Part shown: positions 24,586 to 35,156 of the stretch, piece after piece
Layout: every line of letters begins with the position of its first letter
Position numbering within the stretch: position 1 is the first letter of the stretch
Assembly (NCBI RefSeq): GCF_001194135.2
Contig: NC_069001.1
Location: 28,008,526 to 28,046,572 of the forward strand
From: Octopus bimaculoides
Lineage: Eukaryota
DNA: 38,047 nt
Direction: 5' to 3'
Notes under the pieces: generated by a model
What the model saw: the letters and a program-made list of their open reading frames with translations, nothing else
What the model was told of the DNA's origin: nothing
Databases searched by the model: none
Program-made: the position numbers and the translations under genes

Positions 24586-25384
24586 CACACACTTATATAT
24601 ACATACACACACATATTTATATACATCAGCAGCATTATCATCACCCCTTTGCCTCGTGCTCCTCCTCCTTCTAGTCTTCTTTTTCTCGTTCGCCGTCTTC
24701 TGTCTTACGTATTTATTTTTCTCTCGCATTCAATTCTCCACGAACACTCATTATGGAAATCATAGCTGCAATCTGATATGTAAAATATATTGACATAAGA
24801 ATTCATTTAATTCCAATATGTCTTTCATTTCGAGACAGCGGGCGATCCGGCAAATCATATAGATGACGTTCTANNNNNNNNNNNNNNNNNNNNNNNNNNN
24901 NNNNNNNNNNNNNNNNNNNNNNNNNNNNNNNNNNNNNNNNNNNNNNNNNNNNNNNNNNNNNNNNNNNNNNNNNNNNNNNNNNNNNNNNNNNNNNNNNNNN
25001 NNNNNNNNNNNNNNNNNNNNNNNNNNNNNNNNNNNNNNNNNNNNNNNNNNNNNNNNNNNNNNNNNNNNNNNNNNNNNNNNNNNNNNNNNNNNNNNNNNNN
25101 NNNNNNNNNNNNNNNNNNNNNNNNNNNNNNNNNNNNNNNNNNNNNNNNNNNNNNNNNNNNNNNNNNNNNNNNNNNNNNNNNNNNNNNNNNNNNNNNNNNN
25201 NNNNNNNNNNNNNNNNNNNNNNNNNNNNNATATATATATATATATATATATACATACATACATACATACACACACATACATAAGCACACGGACATGCATA
25301 TTTATATACTTATACATGTAAATGCATCATGGTATTGACTCAATCATTAAAAGCTGTTATGTACCCCTGGTCTCAATTGCAGTC

Positions 25385-26880
25385 CCAATTTTTCTTTTAC
25401 GCCATTTTTTTTTCCATATTGTCTCAAATCGCTTGACTAAATCGTCTTCTTATTACCATGGAGGTCTTCCAAGTGAGTTTTTCTGATCCCCTGAGTTCTC
25501 CTCGGCAGCAGCACGCGTCCACCTCTTGTTTGTGAACCTTGCTACACGTCCTGCCCAGCAAAACTAGTGCATTTAGTACTCTCTGTTCACAACATCCACT
25601 CCGCTATGTTCTCGAACTTTTTCATTTCGAATGTGCTCTCTTAATGATAATCCTAGCGTAAAGTTTTCCACGACCATTTGCGTCGTAGCCAATTGATGCT
25701 CTATCCTTTTCGTAATTGGCCACGTCTCCCTTATGAGCTGTTTTAAAGTCAATATGTGCTGTATCGAAGGCGGCGAGCTAGCAGAAACGTTAGCACGCCG
25801 GGCGAAATGCTTAGCGATATTTCGTCTGCCGCTACGTTCTGAGTTCAAATTCCACGGAGGTCGACTTTACCGTTCATTCTTTCGGGGTCGACAAATTAAG
25901 TACCAGTTACGCACTGGGGTTGATGTAATCGACTTAATCCGTTTGTGTGTCCTTGTTTGTCTCCTCTATGTTTATCCCCGCGTGGGCAATAAAAGAAATA
26001 AGAAACGTTTGCACCCCGGTCGAAATGCTAAGTGGTATTCCGTCTGCTGTTACGTTCTGAGTTCAAATTCCGCCGAGGTCGACTTTGTCTTTAATCCTAT
26101 CAGGGCCGATGGTCGATAAATTAAGTACCAGTTACACACTGGGGTCGATGTAATTGACTTAATCCTTTTGTCTGTTCTTGTTTGTCTACTCTATATTTAG
26201 CACTTTGTGGGCAATAAAGAAATAAGAAACGTTAGCAAGCCGGACGAAATGCTTAGCGGTCTTTCGACTGTCTTTAGGTTCTGATTTCAAATTCCGCTGA
26301 GGTCGACTTTGTCATTCATCCTTTCGGCGTCGATAAATTAAATACCAGTTGCGTACTGGTGTCGATCTAATCGACTGGCCCCCTTCCCCAAAATGTCTGG
26401 CCTTGTGCCTCGAGTAGAAAATAATGTGCTCTATCGTACTATACTTATGGAAACCTGCTTGATCCTCGGCTGTCGGTCGTCCAGGTATTTTGATTGTCTG
26501 GTGAGTTTGACCTTTGTTAGCAGCTTATGAAGATGAGACAAAAGGCATATGGAGCGGTAGTTTTGAGATCATCTCTATCATCCTTCTTATGAAGCAAGAT
26601 AGTATTTCAATATTCAGTGAAGATATTTTACTCTCCTTTAGAGGGTAGAACGAGGATTTGCCAGAGCTCTTCACTTCTGCACCTTAACATCTCTCCTCTG
26701 ATGCCATTTTCTCCTGAAGTCTGTGTCCCTTTCCATCAGCTTGAAGGCATTTCCAATTTCACTGATCAGAACATGTGGCATTTCTAGCATCTGAAGCGGT
26801 GTAGAATCGAGCTTCACTGATGATTTAAATAGGTTAGTGGAAAAGGTAGGTTTTGCCACCGTGAGCTCATATTTATTCTT
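25385..26880 (-). pseudogene. RTE-clade LINE fossil with internal deletion, interrupted by a SINE trimer
   Basis: NTILLHKKDDRDDLKNYRSICLLSHLHKLLTK, QPR/DQAGF..YSTIEHI, LTLKQLIRE fused to TWPITKRIEHQLATTQ...LGLSLREHIRNEKVRE...WAGRVARFTNKRWTR...LGRPP. Confidence 0.85.
25767..26423 (+). mobile_element. Head-to-tail trimer of SINE family A (units 25767-26000, 26001-26224, 26225-26423)
   Basis: One TSD, ATGTGCTGTATCG (25754-25766) / ATGTGCTCTATCG (26424-26436); units 1 and 2 end in tail 1, unit 3 in tail 2. Confidence 0.9.
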
Positions 26881-27081
26881 AAGCGTCGGAAACTCATCTT
26901 ATAGAGTTTTAGCCCCAGGAAAATCTATCTGAGCTTTTCCTTTCCTTTGGAGCCTGCATTAATTTCTACAATTTATAATTATTTAAGGCATTCCTTAGAG
27001 GTTGTCTGTCGCTTTGCATTCACATATATAATCATATACGCGTAAATATGCTTATCGATGTATTTCTTTAAATTCTCTTTC

Positions 27082-27117
<36 letters not shown>

Positions 27118-27825
27118 GTGTGTTCGTGAGTGCATTTGCCTATACATACTACACAGAAATGTATTTTGACGTTAAGTATGAAATATGTTGCTTTGTGTCT
27201 AGAAACATCCTAATTGCTCTTACATAACGGCTATAATTGTTTTCTTTTCTGCAATCAATTCGCATTCGATGACAATTATCTGCAAATATTGTAAAGAATT
27301 TTCTTCATGGATATTTGCCATGAGACATTGTTAATGAGTTTTAGTTGTCCAATGTACAGCATTTACGAATCTCTTCTTACGACTGTATTCTTAATGCTTG
27401 TGTAACGATAGTTTGTATACAAAAATTTTTACAACTAAAACAAAGAAAAGCCGAATATAATATATATGCCTTTAGTTATTGAATCTGGTTAAATTTCGCT
27501 GATGACATAACTACAGATGCACATTTACCTTGTTCTTCATCATTAATGTGCACTTATCACTTGCTTCTGCACGAACATTTATAAGCTACCTTTTTTTTTA
27601 TTTGATTTTATAAGTTACCTTTTTTCTTATTTGAATCTGATTTGGTTACATATAGGAAATTTTGCACGATCCTTTTGTATGCATGTGGACAAGCAACAAT
27701 ATTTTGTTTCGAATTTCCTACGACTGACAGTTTGTACGCGCGCCCGCGCGGACACTTTCTCACACACACAAAGACAAAAAACACGCACACACACAGATAT
27801 GTACCTCTATATTTTGTATACATAT

Positions 27826-27828
27826 ATA

Positions 27829-27880
<52 letters not shown>

Positions 27881-27920
27881 TGTGTGTGTGTGTGTGCGTG
27901 CGTGTGTGTGTGTGTGTGTA
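27826..27920. repeat. (GCGT)n/(GT)n microsatellite
   Basis: Directly visible. Confidence 0.95.
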
Positions 27921-27922
27921 TA

Positions 27923-28591
27923 CAGGCTGCGTAAGGTATTTGAGGGCATACCTTTTTGGTTCCATTGCTGCATTTTTTGCCAAGTATATATAATCATTGT
28001 TTCAGAAAATAATAATGGCAGACTCTCAGGTTACTCAAGAAATGAGGAGGCATGTTGTTATTGTGGTTATAAAGGCTGGCCATAGTGATTTAGAAATATC
28101 TTTATTTTTAAATGTTGTCAGATCTTTCCGTCTGCAAAGTTTGTAAGGAGCTGAGAATGAAGATGGAAACTTATCACCAGTATAAACGCATAAAAGCATT
28201 CTAAAAGCTCTGAAATCACCAGAACACCTGAATTTATCCAGCAAGTTCAATACACCATTGATTACAGTCCCAGAAAACCCATGAGGTCAATTGCAAAAGA
28301 TCTCCGTGTGTCAGAAGGAACAGTCAGAAATGTTGTCCACAAAGACATCAGATATAAGTCTTATATGACGAGGAAAGGTCAATTTGTCAGAAAAAGCAAA
28401 AGAAAACCACTACATCAGATCTAAAAGGCTCTTAAACAAACTGAAAAATCCAGAAGAAGATTTGATTTGGTTTTTCTCAAACGAGAAAAACTTCGACCAA
28501 GATCAAAACGTTAACAGAAAAAAATGACAAATGATTATGTGCAGACCCTTCTGAAGTTCCAAGTGTTATGCATACAAAATTTCCTGCAACT
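27923..28591 (+). pseudogene. DD37D (maT-type) transposon, left TIR plus N-terminal half of the transposase
   Basis: TA then CAGGCTGCGTAAGGTATTTGAGGGCA; ATG at 28015; frameshifted MADSQVTQEMRRHVVIVVIKAGHSDLEIS...TPEFIQQVQ..ID..PRKPMRSIAKDLRVSEGTVRNVVHKDIRYKSY...LIWFFSNEKNFDQDQ...VMHTKFPAT. Confidence 0.85.
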
Positions 28592-28613
28592 GAAAACTTA
28601 TAANNNNNNNNNN

Positions 28614-28653
<40 letters not shown>

Positions 28654-29964
28654 TATCATATATTATATATTATTTATGATATACATTTCCATATACGTTG
28701 TAGGCAACAGAGTATTCAATAGTTACCTCAATACATTACTAAAAAAATTCATTTCATAGAACTTTACTTATATACAAGATCCGTAGGCAAGAATACAATT
28801 TTTCAGTGTTGTCAACGAATGATGAAGAAAATTGAATATATAACTAAAATTAAATAATATATATATATATATAAATATATTCAGAAAAAAGATATAATCA
28901 AAAGTAACTTTTGAAATGAAAGTATGAACGAATAGAAAGAAATATGTAAATTGACAGTTAAATTATTTGATACTTAGCATGAAATCTATACGAAACAAAT
29001 GCGAAGGTGGTATACTTACGGAGCTGTGAGTCACGACTACCTTATGTCGTTATATATTTATTTAGTAGTGAGATGAAACGACATAGAAGAAAATTTTATA
29101 TGATGCGTCCATTAATTTTAAGTCAAGCATCGTCCTTATGCGAAACCGTCTTTAAACACTACGTGACGGCTTATATAATCACAATATCGTTTTTAAAAAT
29201 TTTATTGCATAAATACAATAGAATATTTTTTTCAATATATAGTACATGCAGCATCCATGTTATTATGTTGAAATTGATGTTCAGTTGACAGTAAATACTT
29301 AAACTTTTATTTGTGTTGGATAACAGTGAAACAGGAAACAATAAGATGTTGTCATAGCAATGAAACGTTCGTCGGGGTTACGCAAGGGAAATCACTCTGC
29401 ATGGTATAAACATAAAACTAGGCATTTCGTCATAATAGTTCCACGTAGTTTTTCTTTTATCATTATAGCGACTTATGTCAATAGATGAAAAAATATCATT
29501 AATATATGAGAAGTAAAAAAAAAAAAAGAAAATGAAGCTTTGGCTTCGCATGCAAAGGAATGAATTTTAAATTGAATTTAGAATTCCTGCATGCATACAT
29601 CCATCCATACAGACATTCATTCATAAATACATACATATAACGTAAATGTTTAAAGAAGTTCGTGATTTTATCATTATAATCAAGTTTTCAATAGCTGCTA
29701 TTAATCATTTTCAAATATCATATATATATACCAACGCTTTTTTTTTTGCGCAGCAAATGATGTTTACACAGAAGACATACAAATAATTACAAATTCAATA
29801 TAGTGTCTCATAAAATTTAGACGGTAAAATGCTATGTTAAATTAACCAGAGAAATATTGTTGGTTTTACATGAGAGCAATCATAATGGTTTGAAAATATA
29901 GGTGGCTCAAGATAAGCTACCAACGGGTACTGTACAAATAAGTAAATGAATTAACGTTAGAAAG

Positions 29965-30185
29965 ATAAAGCGCCTTCCCAAGTGTTATAGATTCATAAGG
30001 CCGATTTCTCGGATTTCTGGTCTATATACTCAGCAGTGGTCAATCGGAAGAATACTCATTTTTATCAATTGAGTAAACTGAAGCAATTTGAAATAAAGTA
30101 TTTTGCTCAAGAAAACTATGACTCTCCCGGTTCAGGAATCGAACTCACAATCTTATCATCATGACTGCAACACCTCCGCAAATTA
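29965..30185 (-). mobile_element. Decayed SINE head D plus tail X
   Basis: Reverse complement reads GAGTTCGATTCC...TTCTTGAGCAAAATACTTTATTTCA...AAAAATGAGTA...CAGAAATCCGAGAAATCGGCCTTATGA...AAGGCGC. Confidence 0.6.
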
Positions 30186-30404
30186 ACATTCTGCTAGCTT
30201 TAGTTTAGTCAATCAATAGATCTCGTTTGAGTGTCTTAATATTGGTTGTTATACTCACAAACATTTGACTATTGCATCCTCCCAGCCTTCAAATTCAATA
30301 ATATTCTCGGAATTTCAAACGTAATCCTGTATTAAATCTTAATTTTTCTCATCCGACTTCTCTAACGGGAGATGATATCTGATTGAGTATTCTCTTTCCG
30401 ATAT

Positions 30405-30990
30405 CGCTTTAGCCACGCTTCTTTAGACGAAATGCTCCAATAGTTGAGCTGCCGCCACCCTCCGCCTATATTGGGCCTGTACCATTCTGCTCAGTTCTGT
30501 AAAACCTTCACCATAAGTTTCTTAGATGTTATCGTCAAATTAGCTTACGGTCTTCCACTTATTATTTTGCCATATGCCATACCTGTTAACAAGAACTTGT
30601 CAAAGTCTTGTCTGCTTAGTATATGACCAGTGAAGGTCCACTTTTTTTTCATGATTGCATTCAAAATGTTTTCCTGATAGCGTATCTCGTGAAAGATCCA
30701 TTCATTAGGTCTTTATCCGCCCAACTTATTCTGAGAATGTGTGTAAAACACCAGTTTTCATAGGCTTCAAATTTCTTTTTACCAATTTTCTTTATAACCC
30801 AGCATTTAGCTACATATGTGACTATGACAAAATATTATTGAATTGAGAAGTATTTGTATTTGTAAGGTGAGAGCTTTATTCTTCCATATACTATTCAGTG
30901 ATATCATTGCTTTCTTGAATACACCGAGTCTTCTCTTGATTTTATGGGTGTCATCACCTCAACCAGAGAATATATATTTAGATAAAACTG
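30405..30990 (-). pseudogene. RTE (Bov-B-like) LINE C-terminal fossil
   Basis: KIKRRLG..KKAM..LNSIWKNK..., KKFEAYENWCFTHILRISWADK, NILNAIMKKKWTFTGHILSR, GKIISGRP. Confidence 0.8.
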
Positions 30991-31151
30991 ACATTCAAGT
31001 CATGTTCACTGGCTAAATGTCGAATCTCACCACTTAATCAGCAGGGCAATAGAATTGTGTGAATATAAGCGTTAAGTAGGTGATAAGTTCACAAGTTTAA
31101 CTTGTAGGAGTGAATTCAATGCATTAGCTACTCGATATATACTCAGGATGT

Positions 31152-31461
31152 GAAGGCACATGGCTTAATGGTTAAGTTATTCGGCTCCCGATCATAACGT
31201 CGTGACTTCAACTCCCGGCAGCGCATTGTGATCCTAAGCAAGACAATTTATTTCACGTTGCTCCTGTTCACTCCGCTGGCAACAGTGAGGTGTACATGTA
31301 GTTCAAAGGACCGACCTTGTCACATTTTATGTGAGGCTGAATTTCCCCGAGAACTACGTTAAGGGTATGCGTGCCTGTGGAGCGCTCAGTCACTTGCACG
31401 TTAATTTCACGAACAGGCTGTTCCGTTGATGGGATCAACTGGAACCCTTGTCGACGTAACG
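31152..31461 (+). mobile_element. SINE head D plus tail Y
   Basis: Colinear with 17344-17653. Confidence 0.85.
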
Positions 31462-31651
31462 TACGTTGCGTCAGTTACTCAGGATCTAACGGCATCCGAA
31501 ATAGAAGACCATAACTAGTTTATAGAGCAGAATGGAACAATATGCGCATATGAATTTAATAAAAGGGTTTAGTTTGTAATTCAAAGAATAATAACTAATT
31601 TCTGTAGAATTCTGTAGGTTGCAACATTCCTACCGTTACCTACAGTACAAC

Positions 31652-31822
31652 TGCGAGATGGCAGAATCGCCAGCCGTGGGACAAAATGCTTAGCGGAATT
31701 TATTTCGACATGTTACGTTCTGGATTAGAATTCGGACAAAATCGACTTCATCTTTCACTCTTCCAGGATAGATCAAAAAATATCAATCAAGTTACTGGGG
31801 TCAACATAATCGAATGGATTCT
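31652..31822 (+). mobile_element. Decayed SINE family A
   Basis: TGGCAGAATCG...AAATGCTTAGCGG...TTACGTTCTG...CTGGGGTCAACATAATCGA. Confidence 0.6.
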
Positions 31823-31835
31823 AATCATTACTATT

Positions 31836-32290
31836 GGTGCAGGCGAGGGTGAGTGGTAAAATGTTTGCTTCACAACCACACTGTGGTTTCAGTCCCATTG
31901 CGTGGCACCTTCGGCAAATTTCTTCTACAATAAACTTGAGACGGCGAAACCGTTGTGAGCGCATTTCGTATACGGAAACTGAAAGAAACCCGCCGTGTAT
32001 ATATATGTATATATATGTTTGCGTGTATGTACGTGTGTTTGTGTGCGTGCGCGCGTGTATGTGTGTTTGTATCTGTATTTGCTTCCCCCACCACTATTTC
32101 ATAAACAATGTTGATGTGTTTACGTCCCCGTAACTTAGCGGTTCGGCACAAAGAAACCGATAGAATAAGTACCATGCGTAAAAAGGAAACAAGTTCTGGT
32201 CTCGATTAGTTCGACTAAAATTCCACAAGATGGTGCTGCAGCATTGCCGCATTCTAATGAGTGAAACAGGTAAAATAAACGATAATAAAG
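31836..32290 (+). mobile_element. SINE family B, full length
   Basis: Head, ACGGAAACTGAAAGAAACCCG left arm, TA/TG centre, TTTACGTCCCCGTAACTTAGCGGTTCGGC right arm, tail. Confidence 0.85.
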
Positions 32291-33430
32291 ATGACCATGG
32301 TATTAGTGTGAATATGTCAATGCATAATCGATATTTTTGATTTAATAAAGAGTACTTGATAAATAATATTTGATCAGGTAAACTCAATACGTCATTTAAA
32401 CGCCACTCAGCAGTATTGTACTATGTTGGTACGTCATACTTGAAATGATAGCCATTCTTCGAAGAATTATATAGGATTCTGTAACTGACAAAGTTAGATA
32501 ATAATGAAGCACATAGAGCTATGGGCAATTTTAAAGTTTTATTGAGATTTACGTAAGAACGGATACAAGAATAAGTATATTATCTGATTTACGATTTATA
32601 TTTTGTTTTTCAATACATGTGATAGGGTGGATGAAATCAAGAGCACAACACTGTGCAAATGGCCATCGTTTATTCTGTTTTTTATAATATTTTTAGTGTC
32701 TGAAATCTTACGAAAGATGTAATACACAGCAGCACTTATACGTGATCACATGTAATAAGTGCTGCCGAATATCGATGTCAGCTTTCTTTTTGCATGTCAA
32801 TCAGGCAGTTTAAGAAAATAATTTTTGTACAGCTCTTGTAGAGTTATCTATTCTGGTTGGTGACATTTTCATTTTGATAGATAATTGCAATTCATACCAG
32901 AAAGTTCCATTTGTATATCTTTCGGCATGACGACTACTTTCACATAAAATGTATTAAGTAGATTGAGTGTTAGTAAAAAATCAGCGAGAGACGAAGAGAT
33001 ATTAGTTTTTAAGTAATCTGCTGCTATCGTTATCTTTTGTCTCTCATTCTGCAGTGATATGAGCCGAATTTAATTTCAACTACTGGTTCCCCAACACTGT
33101 AGTTTTGTTTCGAAAGAAAGTATGTTTCCCCTTGCCCTGTGTTACCTAATTTTTCTTCTTGTATTATAAGCAAATTCAAATTATTAAAATATACGAGAAC
33201 TACATGGCACGAAAGCCATTTGGAATCAGTTAACTACGAGACATTCATGTTTTTTACTATCAACGATTACAGTTAGATATTCTTTCAGTGTGCATGCTAT
33301 TTCTAGCAAACCACTTTGATTGAACTTGCGAACATCACAGAAGGAAAAAATAGCAATTTACCTTAATGTCATCGAATATGAAAGTAGTTCAATACCTGAA
33401 ACGACACCATTACATCTATGCCGTTCATAT

Positions 33431-33606
33431 TCCTTCCACTACAGGCCTGAAATTTTGGGGGAGGGGACTAGCCGATTACATTGACTCTAATATTTCACTG
33501 GTACTTAGGTTATCGACCCCGAAAGTATGAAAGTCGACGTCGGCGGAATTTGAACGCAGAACGTAACGACAGGCGAAATACCGCTAAGCATTTCGTTCGC
33601 CGCCTT
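33431..33606 (-). mobile_element. SINE family A monomer with tail 2, head internally deleted
   Basis: Degenerate TSD TCTATGCCGTTCATAT (33415-33430) / TCTATCACATTCATAT (33607-33622). Confidence 0.8.
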
Positions 33607-34129
33607 TCTATCACATTCATATCAATGTGACATTTACTGTTTTACTACCAAGTGTATGAGTTTGGTTTTAACAAACTGAAGATCTTTACAATATTAATAA
33701 AAACGTAAATATTGAATATGAAAATTTCTTTATCTCAAGCTTTCATTGTTTTCACGACACATTATTTGAAGCTGTTTAAAATTATTCTCTAATACAGCAG
33801 CCAACTGAAAGCGGTTTATTTGTTGGAAATTGTTTGTAGTTACCAAACATTAACGCCATAATTAATTTTAAAGTATTTTCCAAATTCATATATTATGAAC
33901 AATAAATTAAGTGTTTTGGAAAATATAAAATTGCTAAAATTGTTAACGGCTAAAAAATTAAAAAATGAGAAAAGTTTCTCCTTTTACATTTGGTAAGAAA
34001 ATAATTTCAAATATAATTTATAACAATAAACTTTCCGTCATAACTACATGCCATTTATTTAGAGATATTTGCAAACAACTCTCATCTTAGAGTTTAGTAA
34101 GTGCGGCTATTTTAGAGACCGATCGGTGT

Positions 34130-34560
34130 TTATTAAGTTAATTACAAAAATCTGGAGATTTCTGGAATGAGCTTATGCACAAAATATTAGAAAATTTACT
34201 TGTCACAACATATGTGTACAAGAAATAGTGATAGCGAGGTTTTCGGGCTGAATTTGAGGATGGAACAGTTTGAGGTAATGGTGAACAGTCAGCGGTAATA
34301 GGAAGTATAAAGATTGTAGCTAAGGAAAAGTGAGTTGACATGAAAATGTGGAGGCTATTAGAAAGGAGTTACCTATATCATTCGCGCCGGGTATCCAATG
34401 CCGACACAATGACTGGTCCACGATGATCTGTGGACAATGTAAAATCGGTAAGATATAACACGGAAGGGCTGCAACGGAAGCTTGGAAGACGTGGCCAGCA
34501 AGAGGGAATACAGCAGGCGTCCTCACTGCGTCCGCACGTCGGTATACATCACCATATCTT
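34130..34560 (-). mobile_element. Possible very old CR1/L2-like LINE 3' region
   Basis: SLATIFILPITADCSPLPQTVPSS..RKPR and SSFQKSPDFCN weakly recall the SLAIFYRYF.ADCS...RPR...SFIP...LWN C-terminus; weak. Confidence 0.25.
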
Positions 34561-34795
34561 TGAAAGAGACCTTAGGCTCAATTCAGCAAGCTAGCCAGCC
34601 AGCCGTGTGAAGTTGCTGGAGATTGTGGTAAGTAATTCCGGCTGGAGGGGGTTGCTACTTGAAATTTTATCTGTAGCTGCAAGATTCGGATCCTTGTCAT
34701 ACCTTCGGAAAGTCAGAAGTGTTTGTCGGAGAATTTCTACCACCTCAATTCCAACGCCTGGCTTTCTAATTCTCCCGATTATAATCGGGAGAATT

Positions 34796-34865
34796 TTGTC
34801 GAACTACTAAGTTACAGGTTGTAAACATAGCATCAGCGGTTGTCAAACGATGGTAGGGAACAAAC
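34796..34865 (-). mobile_element. SINE family B right-arm fragment
   Basis: TTGTCGAACTACTAAGTTAC...GGTTGTCAAACGATGG...ACAAAC aligns to 14865-14940. Confidence 0.6.
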
Positions 34866-35110
34866 TCAAATACAAAGACACCGACCCCCCCACACACAAT
34901 ACGAAGTAAAAAAGATTTTAAAATCCAGGCAGATATCAATAAAGCACAAAATGTCAAACAAATTTGTCTAGCTATATCCAACATTCAAATACAAATAAAT
35001 GTCAATAACCACCCTAATGTATATCTAAATATCTTTTCAAGAAATGCGGCGTATAAGACAACAAGAATAAGCATGGAAAAAATGACATCTTTAATTAAAG
35101 ATCTGATTTT

Positions 35111-35156
<46 letters not shown>

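Noticed and set aside
25767-25860. SINE heads as tRNA genes or the repeats as a CRISPR array
   Set aside because: The heads continue into tRNA-unrelated cores with TSDs; repeat units are over 200 bp and diverged, with no spacers or cas genes.
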